DNA from: Candidatus Polarisedimenticolaceae bacterium
Lineage (GTDB): Bacteria > Acidobacteriota > Polarisedimenticolia > Polarisedimenticolales > DASRJG01
NCBI GenBank assembly: GCA_036376135.1
Contig: DASVAW010000075.1
Span: forward strand, 3,131 to 67,130
Reading direction: 5' to 3'
DNA: 64,000 nt
The notes under the pieces were generated by a model that saw nothing but the letters and a program-made list of their open reading frames with translations, ran no database searches and was not told the origin of the DNA. A program made the position numbers and the translations under genes. Shown here piece after piece: positions 1 to 10,157 of this stretch; the first letter of the stretch is position 1, and every line of letters begins with the position of its first letter.

Positions 1-701
1 TGAACCGGCCGGTCGGAGACCTCCTCCCGAACGCCGTGGATCGCCCCCTCGGCGACGACGTAGCCGTGGTGGATCAGCACGACGCGGTCGCTGACGAGGT
101 CGACCTCGTGGAGGACGTGGCTCGAGAGGAGCACGATCCGTCCCTCCTTCGAGAACGACTCGAACAGGGCGATCGCTTCGCTGCGGGCCATCGGGTCGAG
201 GCCGTTGAGGGGCTCGTCGAGGACGAGAACCCTCGGATCGTGCGCGATCGCGGACGCGAGGCGGATCCGCTGGCGCATCCCCTTGCTGTACGCCGCGCAC
301 TTGCGCGTGGCGGCGTCCTGGAGCCCCACGCGCTCGATCGCGCGCCAGGCGAGGCGCTCGGCCTCGGCGCGGGAGTCCCCGTGGAGCAGCAACCCGCCGC
401 GCACGAACTCCAGGCCGGTGACGCCGGGGGGAAAGGCGTCGTACTGCGTGCAATAACCGACGAGGCGTCCGAGGCGCTCGGGATCGTTCGGGGGGACCCC
501 GCACACGCTCACGTGGCCGCGCGTGGGACGCAGAAGTCCGGTCATGAGGTTCATCAGGGTGGTCTTCCCCGAGCCGTTGGGTCCGACCAGGCTCGTGATC
601 CCCGCCCCGACGACGAGGCTCACGCGGTTGACCCCGAGGACCTCGCCGTAGAACTTGGAGATCCCCTCGAAGACGACGGCGTCGCCGCGTTCCTGGCTCA
701 A
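1..701 (-). CDS. ABC transporter ATP-binding protein (C-terminal end lies outside the window)
   Basis: The reverse frame is open to position 1, so it is absent from the ORF track. TTG at 701 is preceded by GGAGG and overlaps the upstream stop (TTGA). The translation shows Walker [10 protein letters not shown], signature YSKGMRQR and Walker B VLVLDEP. Confidence 0.8.
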   Translation of the reverse strand, partial: MSQERGDAVVFEGISKFYGEVLGVNRVSLVVGAGITSLVGPNGSGKTTLMNLMTGLLRPTRGHVSVCGVPPNDPERLGRLVGYCTQYDAFPPGVTGLEFVRGGLLLHGDSRAEAERLAWRAIERVGLQDAATRKCAAYSKGMRQRIRLASAIAHDPRVLVLDEPLNGLDPMARSEAIALFESFSKEGRIVLLSSHVLHEVDLVSDRVVLIHHGYVVAEGAIHGVREEVSDRPV

Positions 702-1561
702 CGCACGACCTCCTTCGCCTTCAGCCGGCGCGAGAGGACGAGCAGGCACAGGCCGCACAGCGCCGGGATCGCGATCCACGGGGCGGCGTGAGGGAGCGGG
801 GCCTCGAGCGGGACGCCGTACAGCCCCTCCAGCAGGGCGCGCATCAGCTCGGGGACGTTCAGCAGGTGCCCCCAGGCGGTGTCGAAGACGGCGTTCACGA
901 GGTTCCCGGCCCACGCGCCGCCGAGCACCGCCCCGACGAGCATCGCCTGGGCGGTCACCTTGCGTCCCGCGAGCGCGGACGCCGCGAGAGCCAGCAGCGA
1001 GAGGACGGCGATCCACAATCCGCACCCGGCGACGATCGCGAACGGAATGCGCGCGTGAGCGGCGAACCAGCCGTCCTCGCCGAGCGAGGCCTGCAGGGCG
1101 AACAGCAGCAGCCCCGGGATCCACGTGATCACCGAGAGCAGCCCGAACAGGACCGCGAGCTTGCCCACGACGTATTGGGTCTTCGTCACCGGGCGCGAGA
1201 GGATCAGGGGAAGCGCCCCGTTCGCGAGGTCGCGCGAGATCAGCTGCGGCCCGCAGAGCAGCGTGAGAAGCCCTCCGAACAGGAACGACTGCCACGACAT
1301 CAGTCCGAGGAAGAAGGTCGTGTCGATCGCGCTGAGCTGGCCCCCGGACGCGCCGATCTGTGCCAGGAGCTTCGCGTTGGTGCGGACGTAGATGAAGGCC
1401 GCCCCCCCGAGGGGCATGGCGAACGCCGCGGTGAAGACGATCGTGGTCAGGCGTCCCTCGAACAGCTCGGAGAGGGCGTAGCGCGCGAGGACCCTGAAGC
1501 GCGAGGCGGGTGCCGTCCACGCGCCCGCGTAGGGAGCGTAGCTCCGGTCATACACCGCCAC
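698..1561 (-). CDS. ABC-2 type transporter permease
   Basis: This is the C-terminal 287 codons of track ORF 698..1864. It is a polytopic hydrophobic protein with about 6 predicted TM segments. GTG at 1561 has GGAGGGGG upstream and overlaps the upstream ATPase stop. It is flanked by two ABC ATPase genes. Confidence 0.75.
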   Translation of the reverse strand: MAVYDRSYAPYAGAWTAPASRFRVLARYALSELFEGRLTTIVFTAAFAMPLGGAAFIYVRTNAKLLAQIGASGGQLSAIDTTFFLGLMSWQSFLFGGLLTLLCGPQLISRDLANGALPLILSRPVTKTQYVVGKLAVLFGLLSVITWIPGLLLFALQASLGEDGWFAAHARIPFAIVAGCGLWIAVLSLLALAASALAGRKVTAQAMLVGAVLGGAWAGNLVNAVFDTAWGHLLNVPELMRALLEGLYGVPLEAPLPHAAPWIAIPALCGLCLLVLSRRLKAKEVVR

Positions 1562-2483
1562 GATCCACCCCCTCCGCCTTCGTCTCCATCGCCCGCAGGA
1601 AGATGTCCTGCAGGGAATCGCGTTTGTAGTCGAGGCGGCGGATCTGCACGCCGTGCCGTGCCGCCACGGCGTACAGGTCGCGGATCTCGATCGACTCGGG
1701 GAGGACCATCTTGAGTCGGCCGCCTCCCAGGAGCGCGGCGGTGACCCCGAGACGCTCCGCGTCCCCGGCGAAGGCCCGCGTGTCCCCGCGCGTCTCGAGG
1801 TGGAGGAACTTCCTGTTGGTGCGGCGCTCGGCGTCGAGGTCGCAGTGCGCGGCGACGCGCCCATCCTTCAGGACGAGCACCTCCTCGCAGACCTCCTCGA
1901 CGTCGCGCAGGAGGTGGGACGACACGACGACCTGCGTCCTGCCGGAGTCGCGGATCTCCTTGACGAGCCGGAGCATCCGCGCGCGCGCGGGGGGGTCGAG
2001 GCCGTTGGTCGGCTCGTCGAGGAACAGCACCGCGGGGGCGTGGACGATGGCCTGCGCGAGCTTGGCCATCTGCTTCATCCCGAGCGAGAAGGTCTCGAGC
2101 CTGCGGTAGCGGGCCTCGCCCAGCCCCACGTACTGGAGCGCCTCGTGCGCCCGCTCGAGGGCCGCTTCGGCGGGAAGACCCGAGAGCTCCCCCATCAGCC
2201 GCACGAAACGCACCGCCGTCATTCCCGCGATGAACGCGTCGGTCTCGGGCATGTAGCCGACGGGCTGCCGCGCCTGGGCCGATCGGTCGCCCACGTCGCG
2301 TCCGAGCAGGCGCGCGTTCCCTTCGCTGGGCGGGTGGAACCCCAGCAGCGTGTGGATCAGCGTGGTCTTCCCCGCGCCGTTCGGGCCGAGCAGGCCCACG
2401 GCGCGGCCCCGCAGCACCGCCCGCAGATCCCGCAGGATCGGGCGGTTCCCGAAGCGCACGCCGAGGCCGTCGAGCTCGATCAT
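1548..2483 (-). CDS. ABC transporter ATP-binding protein
   Basis: This is the last 311 codons of track ORF 1548..4748, starting [11 protein letters not shown]. Motifs: Walker [10 protein letters not shown], signature FSLGMKQM, Walker [13 protein letters not shown]-loop SSHLL. An ATGA overlap joins it to the anti-sigma stop. Confidence 0.9.
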   Translation of the reverse strand: MIELDGLGVRFGNRPILRDLRAVLRGRAVGLLGPNGAGKTTLIHTLLGFHPPSEGNARLLGRDVGDRSAQARQPVGYMPETDAFIAGMTAVRFVRLMGELSGLPAEAALERAHEALQYVGLGEARYRRLETFSLGMKQMAKLAQAIVHAPAVLFLDEPTNGLDPPARARMLRLVKEIRDSGRTQVVVSSHLLRDVEEVCEEVLVLKDGRVAAHCDLDAERRTNRKFLHLETRGDTRAFAGDAERLGVTAALLGGGRLKMVLPESIEIRDLYAVAARHGVQIRRLDYKRDSLQDIFLRAMETKAEGVDRGGV

Positions 2484-5002
2484 GGAGCGGGAGGCCCCGC
2501 GATCGCCGGCACCGCCCCCTCGGGGGACGCGGCGCCCAGCACGGTCAGCAACGTGCCGAGGTCGGCGCCGAGGCCCCCTTCGGCCTCGACGGTGGCGCGG
2601 ATCCGGGACGACTCGGCGACGATCGTGATCAGGTGCGGCCGCTCGCCCAGAAGCGCCCTCGCCTCGGGGGACGATCCGGCCCCGACGTTCCGGACCGCCT
2701 CGCCGAGCACCTCGCCGAGCCGTTCGTAGACGATTCCCGAGTACTCCGTCCGCGCGTCGGCGGGGAGGAGCGACCGGAACGCCGCCGACGCCCCGATGTG
2801 GACCCCGCTCGCGCGACGGTCGATCGCCTGCTCGACGAGCACGCGGCTCGGCGCGGCGACGAGGTACCCGCCGTCGAAGGCGTACCACACGGCGTAGACC
2901 TCGGTCGTCGCCTCGACCGCGTGGAAGGAGCGGTCGCCGACCGCCTCGTGCCGGAGTCGGACGATCTCCTCGCGTCCCTGCTCGCGGGCCTTCGCGTTCG
3001 CCCGCTCCACGAGGGTCTCGAGGCTGCGCTGCACGCGGGCCGGGTCGTAGACCTCGAGGACCATTTTCCAGGCGGGGGAGGGGAGCACCGGGCCGTCGAG
3101 GGCGACGGCGATCTCGCCGCCGAGCGGCCTCGCGACGTCCTCGACGAGATCGAGTCCCGTCTCCCGGCGGAAGCGGGCGAGCCCTTCGGCGGCCTCTTGG
3201 CTGAACCCCGCGACGAGGTCGGCCACGGCCGTTCCGGGCGAGGTGACCGCGAACGCGGCGACCGCCGAGGCGTCGGGGGAGACGTAGCGGAGGCTCCCCA
3301 GCGGCGAAGGCGCCGCGAGCCACGACGCGATGCCGGACCGCTCCCCGGCGAAGGTCAGCTCCGCGGTCGTCGTCGTGCGGCCGTCGTGCTCGGTGCGCTC
3401 GACGAGGAGATCGCGGGCGTTGGCGAACCCGAGCGTCGCGAGCGTGTCGGGATCGCCCTTCCCGGCGTTCGCGATCACCCGCTCGAGGTCGACGGCGAAC
3501 ACGAAGGCGGCGCCGTCGGCGTAGGCGTCGGCGATCCGCCGGTGGAACGCCGAGGGCGCCGCGTCGCCCGCGGGAAGGTAGGCGGCGAGGGACCTCGCCG
3601 TCCCGGCGACGAGCCGGTCCTCCTCGAGGCGGACCTGGACATCCTTCACCTTCGCGACGTCGCGGGCGAGCATCGCCTTCAGCGACTCCGCGTCCCGGAC
3701 CTCGGCGAGGACCACGGGCTCGGCGGGTTTCCCGTCGTTCCCCAGCGGCACCGCGATCACGATCTCGTCGCCGATCGCGCGGCCGTACTCGCGCAGCATC
3801 GCGACCGCCTCGTCCATCTCGCGGCGGGCGTCGGCGTTCCCGGTCCGGGAGTCCCACCACTCCCGCAGCTCCGGCGACTGGTCCAGGTGGCGGTCGAGGA
3901 CGGCGGAGGCCTGCTCGAAGGCGCCGCTGAGGTTCGGGACCGCCACGAAGATCGCCGTGTCGGCGGGGATTCTGGAGAGCAGGCGCGACGCGGTGCGCGG
4001 TGCGGGAACCTCGATCTCGTCCCGGAGATCCTTGCGGATCGAGGCGAGCTCGCGGAGCAGCGCCTCGTACTTCGGCGAGTCGGCGCTCCACGCGAGGTCG
4101 TCGCGCAACGGAACCGGGCGGGCGTCCGGCCGCGACGACGCGCGGTCGCCGGGGCGCAGCATCCGCTCCTCGCCGCCGGTGTTCACGGCGACGGCCCCTT
4201 CGAGGACCGCCACGCGCGAGCCGCTGACGCCGTGGTTGACGGCGAAAATCGTCCCCTTGACGCTCACCAGCGCGTCGTCGGTGCGGACGTCGAGGTGCCC
4301 CGAGCCTTGTTTGGCGGCCTCGACGATGATCCCGCCCCCGGAAAGGGCGATCGTCGCGCCGTCGCGGCGCCGCTTCACGGTCAATTCGGTGCGGTCGCGC
4401 AACTCCACGCGCGAGCCGTCGGCCAGGCGCACGATGGCGCGCGAGCCGGGGGCGGTGCGGAGGACCTCGTTCTCGGGAAGGACCGACCCGGCGGCCAGGA
4501 GCGCGGTGGCGCCCCGGTCGACGCGCCAGAGGTCGCCCTGCACCGACTCGACGGCGATCGGTTGCGCGTCGGGGGGCGGGATGAGCCGCTCGCGCATCGC
4601 GAACCCCGCGAGCAGGGCCATCGCCGCGAACGTCGCGGCGGCCGCCCACTTCAGGCGCCAGGCGCCCGAGCCGGATTCGCGCCGCGTCTCCACCGCCGCG
4701 TCGCGTCCGGCGCGTGCGGCAACGAGGGCACGACGGCAAGGCACGCACGCGCGCGTGTGGTCGTCGACCAGCAACGCCTCGGCCGAGGAGAGCCGGCCGG
4801 CGAGAAACCCCGGGATGCGGGATTGGAACCCCTCGCAGCTGTCGATCGGGCCGGCGGCGGGGGAGGCGCCGGATTCGAGCCCCAGCCGGTGACGGACGCG
4901 CTCGGCGGCCGACGCGGCGTGGCTGGGGGAGGGGCCGTCCTCGCGGATCGCGGCGAGGACGTCGTCGAGCTCGGGGCGACGGGGAGGCTGTTGCCGGTTC
5001 AT
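2480..5002 (-). CDS. Anti-sigma factor: ZAS zinc-finger, single TM, FecR-like domain and a ~580-aa extracytoplasmic domain of unknown function
   Basis: Track ORF 2480..5074 from the internal ATG (MNRQQPP), with an ATGA overlap to the ECF sigma stop. It has the HxxxCxxC motif HTRACVPC and the TM segment [19 protein letters not shown] FecR-like stretch reads [22 protein letters not shown] ... [13 protein letters not shown] could not recognise the long C-terminal domain. Confidence 0.8.
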   Translation of the reverse strand: MNRQQPPRRPELDDVLAAIREDGPSPSHAASAAERVRHRLGLESGASPAAGPIDSCEGFQSRIPGFLAGRLSSAEALLVDDHTRACVPCRRALVAARAGRDAAVETRRESGSGAWRLKWAAAATFAAMALLAGFAMRERLIPPPDAQPIAVESVQGDLWRVDRGATALLAAGSVLPENEVLRTAPGSRAIVRLADGSRVELRDRTELTVKRRRDGATIALSGGGIIVEAAKQGSGHLDVRTDDALVSVKGTIFAVNHGVSGSRVAVLEGAVAVNTGGEERMLRPGDRASSRPDARPVPLRDDLAWSADSPKYEALLRELASIRKDLRDEIEVPAPRTASRLLSRIPADTAIFVAVPNLSGAFEQASAVLDRHLDQSPELREWWDSRTGNADARREMDEAVAMLREYGRAIGDEIVIAVPLGNDGKPAEPVVLAEVRDAESLKAMLARDVAKVKDVQVRLEEDRLVAGTARSLAAYLPAGDAAPSAFHRRIADAYADGAAFVFAVDLERVIANAGKGDPDTLATLGFANARDLLVERTEHDGRTTTTAELTFAGERSGIASWLAAPSPLGSLRYVSPDASAVAAFAVTSPGTAVADLVAGFSQEAAEGLARFRRETGLDLVEDVARPLGGEIAVALDGPVLPSPAWKMVLEVYDPARVQRSLETLVERANAKAREQGREEIVRLRHEAVGDRSFHAVEATTEVYAVWYAFDGGYLVAAPSRVLVEQAIDRRASGVHIGASAAFRSLLPADARTEYSGIVYERLGEVLGEAVRNVGAGSSPEARALLGERPHLITIVAESSRIRATVEAEGGLGADLGTLLTVLGAASPEGAVPAIAGPPAP

Positions 5003-5541
5003 GCGAGATCTCCCAGGAGGCCGGCGCGCAGGCGCGCCTTGGCCCGATGCAGGGTCACCGCCACGGTGCTCCACGAGGTGCCGAGCATCGCCGCGATCTC
5101 GCGGTTGCCGTACCCCTCGAAGTATCGGAGCACCACCATCTCGGCGGCGCGCGGGTTGAGCCCCGTCAGCGCCGCGCGGACCCGGGCCTTCCGCTCGTCC
5201 ATCTCGGTGGCGGCTTCGGGTCCGGGGTCGGGGTCGCGCAGGGTCGCTTCGCGCGGCTCGAGGGCCTCGGAGCGGGCGGCCTTGCGGCGACGGAGGAGGT
5301 CGACCGCGGCGTTCACCGCGGCCCGGTGGAGGTAACTTCCCGCCTGGGAGTCTTCGATCGCGCCGTCCTCCTGCCGCAACACGCGCAGGAACACGGACTG
5401 GAGCACGTCTTCCGCATCCGCGTCGTTTCCGGTCACGCGCCAGGCGGCCCGGTACACGCGGTCGGCGTGTTGCCGGTACAGGGCCGCGACGCGCCCGTGG
5501 GCGTCGGGAGCGGGTAGGGGTCGGGGCGAGAGAGCCGTCAC
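4999..5541 (-). CDS. ECF (group 4) RNA polymerase sigma-70 factor
   Basis: This is the last 180 codons of track ORF 4999..6576. GTG at 5541 has GGAGGA 8 nt upstream. The region 2 match is [13 protein letters not shown], and the region 4 HTH is [26 protein letters not shown]. Confidence 0.9.
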   Translation of the reverse strand: MTALSPRPLPAPDAHGRVAALYRQHADRVYRAAWRVTGNDADAEDVLQSVFLRVLRQEDGAIEDSQAGSYLHRAAVNAAVDLLRRRKAARSEALEPREATLRDPDPGPEAATEMDERKARVRAALTGLNPRAAEMVVLRYFEGYGNREIAAMLGTSWSTVAVTLHRAKARLRAGLLGDLA

Positions 5542-5604
5542 GGGTCGTTCCTCCGATCGCTTCTCGCCACTCAAGACGCGCCTCCCGACGGCATTATTAA
5601 CGGC

Positions 5605-6279
5605 ATGAAGCCCGAGTTGGTTCCGGAAGTGGTCCCCCTGGTCCGGCTGGCGGTCGTCCGGGCCGGGCCGGTGGTCGTCGGTCCCGCCGCGAGGCCCCTC
5701 GAGGAGGAGATCGCCGGGATGTGCCGGACCCTCGCGGCGCGCCACCGGGGGAAGGCCCCCGCGCAGATCGAGGGGCTCGATCCCGCCCGGCGCCTCTACA
5801 AGGCGTTCGGGATCGACCCGACCCAGACGCGCCCCTCCTCGGAGGCGCTGCTCCGACGCATCCTGCAGGAGAAACCGTTCCCCCGGGTCCTGAACGCCGT
5901 CGACGTCGGGAACCTGTGTTCGGTCGCCTTTCTGCTTCCGCTCGGGCTCTACGACCTCGGGAAGGTCCGGGGCGAGGTCGTGCTCCGGCGCGGCGCCCCC
6001 GGGGAGACGTACGCGGGGATCCGGAAGGACGCGGTCCACGTCGGCGGGCGGCCGACGCTCGCCGACGCGGAGGGGCCCTTCGGGAACCCCACCTCCGACT
6101 CGCTGCGGACGTGCGTCACGTCGGGGACCACGGCGATCGCGATGGTGATCTTCGCCCCCGCTTCGTACCCGGCCGCGGAGCTGCGCGACCATGCGGTATT
6201 CGGGGCGGAGAGGATGCGACGGCACCTCGGAGGAGCCGGAGTCGAACCGACCGTCGCGTGGGAGCTGATCCCGGCCTAG
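5605..6279 (+). CDS. B3/B4 tRNA-binding domain protein (PheT-beta related)
   Basis: Track ORF, 224 aa. It resembles the B3_4 domain family (LYKAFGIDPTQTRPSSEALLRR, NAVDVGNLCS). Confidence 0.7.
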   Translation: MKPELVPEVVPLVRLAVVRAGPVVVGPAARPLEEEIAGMCRTLAARHRGKAPAQIEGLDPARRLYKAFGIDPTQTRPSSEALLRRILQEKPFPRVLNAVDVGNLCSVAFLLPLGLYDLGKVRGEVVLRRGAPGETYAGIRKDAVHVGGRPTLADAEGPFGNPTSDSLRTCVTSGTTAIAMVIFAPASYPAAELRDHAVFGAERMRRHLGGAGVEPTVAWELIPA

Positions 6280-6289
6280 ACTTCCGGGC

Positions 6290-6904
6290 ATGGCGAAAAA
6301 CGACGATCTCGACCTCTCCCGACGCAACTTCCTCAAGACCGGCGCGGCGAGTGCGTTGACCGCGGGGATCGTCCCCGCGTCTCTGATCTCGACCGACGCC
6401 GAAGGGGCGCCCGAGCTCGCCGGGCCCGGCGCGGTCCCGATCCGCCTGGACGTCAACGGGGCCGCGCGCTCGCTTTCGGTCGAGCCGCGGACGACCCTGC
6501 TCGACGCGTTGCGCGACGTGCTCGACCTCACGGGAGCCAAGAAGGTCTGCGACCGAGGGACCTGCGGGGCGTGCACGGTGCTCCTCGACGGGAATCCCGC
6601 CTACGCGTGCAGCGTGCTCGCGATCGACGCGCAGTCCCGGAAGATCGCGACCGTCGAAGGACTCGGCGGGGCCGACGGCGCCCTGCACCCGCTGCAGGCC
6701 GCGTTCGTCGAACACGACGCCCAGCAGTGCGGCTTCTGCACGCCGGGGTTCGTGATGGCGGCGAAGGCCCTCGTCGATCGCGAGTCGAATCCGACCGACG
6801 CCGCGATCGACCGGGCGCTCGGCGGCAACGTCTGCCGGTGCGGGACCTACGCCGGAATGCGCCGCGCCGTGAAGGACGGCGCCGCGCGGATGCGGAGGGG
6901 TTGA
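6290..6904 (+). CDS. Molybdenum hydroxylase (xanthine dehydrogenase/aldehyde oxidoreductase family) 2Fe-2S subunit with Tat signal
   Basis: Twin-arginine motif SRRNFLKTG. Two 2Fe-2S cysteine clusters: CDRGTCGACTV and QCGFCTPG...CRCGTY. Confidence 0.9.
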   Translation: MAKNDDLDLSRRNFLKTGAASALTAGIVPASLISTDAEGAPELAGPGAVPIRLDVNGAARSLSVEPRTTLLDALRDVLDLTGAKKVCDRGTCGACTVLLDGNPAYACSVLAIDAQSRKIATVEGLGGADGALHPLQAAFVEHDAQQCGFCTPGFVMAAKALVDRESNPTDAAIDRALGGNVCRCGTYAGMRRAVKDGAARMRRG

Positions 6905-6908
6905 AGCC

Positions 6909-9032
6909 ATGGCCACGAACCCGACCTGGCCCGAACCCGCGAAGTCCTCCCTCCTCGGAAAGCGGATCTCCCGCCTCGACGGCCCCGCCAAGACGCGCGG
7001 GGAGGCGAAGTACACCTACGACCGCAAGCGTCCCGGGATGTTGTGGGGCGCCGTCGCGCGGAGCCCCCACGCCCGCGCGAGGATCACCGCCCTCGACTTC
7101 GGTACCGCCGCGAAGATGCCCGGGGTCCGGGCCGTCCACGCCGTCAAGAAGGTCGGCGACGAGGTGAAGTGGGCCCTCGACGAGATCGTCTACGTCGCCG
7201 CCGCGACCGAGGCCCAGGCCCACGACGCGGCTCGCGCCGTCAAGGTCTCCTACGAGATCCTCCCCGCCTCGGTCGTCGACGACGACCCGAAAGCCGCGGG
7301 GGCGAAGGAACAGAACCCCGCGGTCCAGGGGGATCCCGACGCTCGCCTCGCGGCGTCGAAGGTGACGATCGACGGGACCTACGGCCTCGCGGTCGTCGCG
7401 CACCTCTGCCTCGAGGCGCACGGCCAGCTCGTGGAATGGGACGGCGACTCGCTGACCGCGTGGTGCTCGACGCAGTCGGTCTCGGGACTCCCGGGCGAGT
7501 TCGCGGAGGGGCTCGACGTTCCGGCGTCGAAGGTCCGCGTGATCTGCGAGCACATGGGCGGCGGCTTCGGCTCGAAGTTCTCCGTCGACGCGTGGGGAAT
7601 CGCCTGCGCCGAGCTCGCCCGCAAGGCCAAGGCTCCCGTGAAGCTGATGCTCGACCGCGCGGCGGAGGTCGCCGTCGCGGGGGACCGTCCTTCGACCTAC
7701 GCGACCGTGAAGGCCGGCGCCGACGCGGACGGGCGCGTCACCGCGTGGATCTCGCGGTCGTGGGGGTCGGGGGGGCTCGGCGGATCCGGGAGCCCGCCGA
7801 TTCCGTACGTCTTCAACTTCCCCGACCGCCGGCACCAGCACGTCTCGATCCCGACGAACACGGCCTCCTCCCGGGCGTGGCGCGCGCCGAACCACCCGCA
7901 GGCGTGCCTCGTGACGATGGCGGCCATGGAAGATCTCGCCGCGGCCGCGGGGATGGACCCGCTCGACTTCTTCCTGAAGAACCTCGATCGCACGGCGCGC
8001 GAGGCGACCTATCGCGAGCAGTTCCGGATCGGCGCCGAGCTCATGGAGTGGAAGAAGAAGTGGCGTCCGCGCGGCTCGGCGAAGAGCCCCGTGCGGCGGG
8101 GGCTCGGTCTCTCGCTGCACACCTGGGGCGGCCGGGGTCACAAGAGCAACTGCGACGTCGTCGTGAACCCCGACGGGTCGGTCGAGGCGCGGATCGCCTC
8201 GCAGGACCTCGGGACAGGCACGCGCACCGTGATCGGCGTCGTCCTCGCCGAGACCTTCGGCCTCCCGCTCTCGGCCGTGAAGGTCTCGATCGGCGACTCT
8301 TCGTTCCCCACCTCCGGGGCGTCGGGGGGATCGACGACCGTCGGCGGGGTCTCCGGCTCCACGCGCGCCGCCGCGGTGAAAGCACTCGATGCGATCTTCG
8401 AGAAGGTCGCCGCCGAGCTCGGCGCGTCGCCCGACGCGCTCGAGGCGGCGGACGGCACCATCCGCGTGAAGGGGAATCCGGCGAAGTCGATGCCGTGGAA
8501 GAAGGCGGCGGCCCGGATCGGAGCGGCGCCGCTCACCGTCCGCGCCGAGCGCCCCGACCACCTCACGGACAGCGGGGTCGGGGGGATCCAGATGGCCGAG
8601 GTCGAGGTGGACGTGGACACCGGGATCGTCCGGATGGTCAAGATGGTCGCGGTGCAGGACTGCGGCCGGATCGTCGATCTCAAGACCGCCGAGAGCCAGG
8701 TCTACGGCGGGATGATCATGGGGATCGGCTACGCCCTCACCGAGGAGAAGGTCTACGACCGCGCGACCGGCCGTCCGCTCAACGCGAACATGGAGTTCTA
8801 TCGGGTCCCCACGATCGGGGACGTCGGCGAGCTCGTCGCGCACCTGCAGACCGGCCCGCCCCACGACGCCCGCGGGGTGATAGGCCTCGGCGAGCCCCCG
8901 GTGATCTCGCCGGGGGCCGCGATCTCGAACGCCGTCGCCAACGCGATCGGCGTGCGCGTCCCGGAGCTGCCGCTCACCCCCGACCGGGTGATCGCCGCAC
9001 TCGAGGCCGCCGAAAGGAAGGTGCGCGCATGA
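6909..9032 (+). CDS. Molybdenum hydroxylase molybdopterin-binding large subunit
   Basis: 707-aa track ORF with family motifs HMGGGFGSK and GLGEPPVISPGAAISNAV. It starts 5 nt after the 2Fe-2S subunit. Confidence 0.9.
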   Translation: MATNPTWPEPAKSSLLGKRISRLDGPAKTRGEAKYTYDRKRPGMLWGAVARSPHARARITALDFGTAAKMPGVRAVHAVKKVGDEVKWALDEIVYVAAATEAQAHDAARAVKVSYEILPASVVDDDPKAAGAKEQNPAVQGDPDARLAASKVTIDGTYGLAVVAHLCLEAHGQLVEWDGDSLTAWCSTQSVSGLPGEFAEGLDVPASKVRVICEHMGGGFGSKFSVDAWGIACAELARKAKAPVKLMLDRAAEVAVAGDRPSTYATVKAGADADGRVTAWISRSWGSGGLGGSGSPPIPYVFNFPDRRHQHVSIPTNTASSRAWRAPNHPQACLVTMAAMEDLAAAAGMDPLDFFLKNLDRTAREATYREQFRIGAELMEWKKKWRPRGSAKSPVRRGLGLSLHTWGGRGHKSNCDVVVNPDGSVEARIASQDLGTGTRTVIGVVLAETFGLPLSAVKVSIGDSSFPTSGASGGSTTVGGVSGSTRAAAVKALDAIFEKVAAELGASPDALEAADGTIRVKGNPAKSMPWKKAAARIGAAPLTVRAERPDHLTDSGVGGIQMAEVEVDVDTGIVRMVKMVAVQDCGRIVDLKTAESQVYGGMIMGIGYALTEEKVYDRATGRPLNANMEFYRVPTIGDVGELVAHLQTGPPHDARGVIGLGEPPVISPGAAISNAVANAIGVRVPELPLTPDRVIAALEAAERKVRA

Positions 9033-9964
9033 TGCCCCCCTTCGAATACGCGAGCCCCGCCACGCAGGCCGACGCCTTTCGGCTGCTCGCGGACGCCGGC
9101 GCGATGCCCTTGGCGGGAGGGACCGACCTGCTCTCCCTGATGAAGGACCGGATCGTCGAGCCGAGACGGCTCGTGAACGTGAAGGGGATTCCGGAGCTGC
9201 GCGCGATCCGGACCGGGTCCGACGGCGTCCGCATCGGCGCCGCCGTCACCCTCGACGAGATCGCGGCGCACCCCCAGGTGCGCCCGTATCGGGCGGTCGT
9301 CGACGCGATCCTCGGGATCGCGATTCCGCAGGTGACCTCGCAGGCGACGGTGGGCGGGAACCTCCTCCAGCGCCCGAGGTGCTGGTACTTCCGCAACGGG
9401 ATGATTCCCGGAGCCGACGCCGACCTCCGGTACCACGCGATCTTCGGGAACACGGGCCCCGCGAAGTACGTCCACGCCTCGGGGCTCGCCCCGGCGCTCA
9501 TCGCCTTCGGGGCCTCGGCCCTGATCGCCGGGCCCAAGGGGGAGCGCACGATCCGCGTCGACCAGCTGTGGCGCACTCCCGCCGCGACGGGCGAGGACGA
9601 GCGCACGCTCCAGCCGGGGGAGATCCTCCGCGAGATCCTGCTGCCCCCCCACGGCGAGCGCGGGAGCGCGACCGTCGAGATCCGCCCGCAGGGAAACGCC
9701 GCCTGGCCGCTCGCGGCGGCGGCGGTCGTCCTCGATCCGACGGGAGCGAGCGTGATCCTCGGCCACGTCGCCCCCGTCCCTTGGCGCAGCGCCGCCGCGG
9801 AAAGGGCGATCGCCGGGAAGACGATCGACGTCGCGGTGGCCGCCGCCGCCGGGGCCGCCGCGGTCGCCGACGCGAAACCGCTTTCCGGAAACGCCTACAA
9901 GGTGCGCCTCGCGGCGGCCGCCGTGCGTCGCGCCGTCCTCGCCGCGGCCGGAAAGGAGCTCTGA
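9029..9964 (+). CDS. Molybdenum hydroxylase FAD-binding subunit
   Basis: Internal ATG of track ORF 7043..9964 (MMPPFEYASP), with an ATGA overlap to the large subunit. It carries the PCMH-type FAD motif PLAGGTDLLSLMK. Confidence 0.9.
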   Translation: MMPPFEYASPATQADAFRLLADAGAMPLAGGTDLLSLMKDRIVEPRRLVNVKGIPELRAIRTGSDGVRIGAAVTLDEIAAHPQVRPYRAVVDAILGIAIPQVTSQATVGGNLLQRPRCWYFRNGMIPGADADLRYHAIFGNTGPAKYVHASGLAPALIAFGASALIAGPKGERTIRVDQLWRTPAATGEDERTLQPGEILREILLPPHGERGSATVEIRPQGNAAWPLAAAAVVLDPTGASVILGHVAPVPWRSAAAERAIAGKTIDVAVAAAAGAAAVADAKPLSGNAYKVRLAAAAVRRAVLAAAGKEL

Positions 9965-9965
9965 G

Positions 9966-10157
9966 ATGGACGCCGAACTTTGCCGGCGCCTGAGGTGGAA
10001 GGGGCTCTACATCGACGTCGAGCCCGACCCCTCGATCCCGAACACCTCGGACGGGTTCTGCTGGTGCACGCACTCGATGACGGCGCTCGGCCCCGACGGC
10101 GAGGTCGCCGACCGCGAGGGGTGCCGGCCGGGCCGCCCCTGTTTCGAGCCGCGATGA
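9966..10157 (+). CDS. Small Cys-rich hypothetical protein (63 aa, 5 Cys)
   Basis: By hand count, about 94% of third codon positions are G/C. The start is 2 nt after the FAD subunit stop, and the stop overlaps the next start (ATGA). No signal peptide. Confidence 0.6.
   Translation: MDAELCRRLRWKGLYIDVEPDPSIPNTSDGFCWCTHSMTALGPDGEVADREGCRPGRPCFEPR

Noticed and set aside
1548-4748. 1066-aa reverse-strand ORF in the track, by far the longest reading frame in this region.
   Set aside because: Only the last 311 codons (from MIELDG at 2483) look like a real protein, an ABC ATPase. The upstream ~750 codons are Arg/Gly/Pro-rich low-complexity sequence in an alternate frame of the well-supported anti-sigma gene, so the ORF is a stop-depletion artefact of the high GC. 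The same applies to 2633..5335(+), 6528..8864(-), 18052..20661(-), 31004..32842(-), 33226..35565(-), the N-terminal extensions of 58561..61500(-) and 50440..53094(-), and similar ORFs.
5542-5604. Autoregulatory ECF-type promoter (GGAAC-N16/17-CGTC) upstream of the sigma factor gene.
   Set aside because: A CGTCTT is present, but there is no AAC-containing -35 at the right spacing within the 63-bp gap. The promoter may lie inside the divergent gene, so no call is made.
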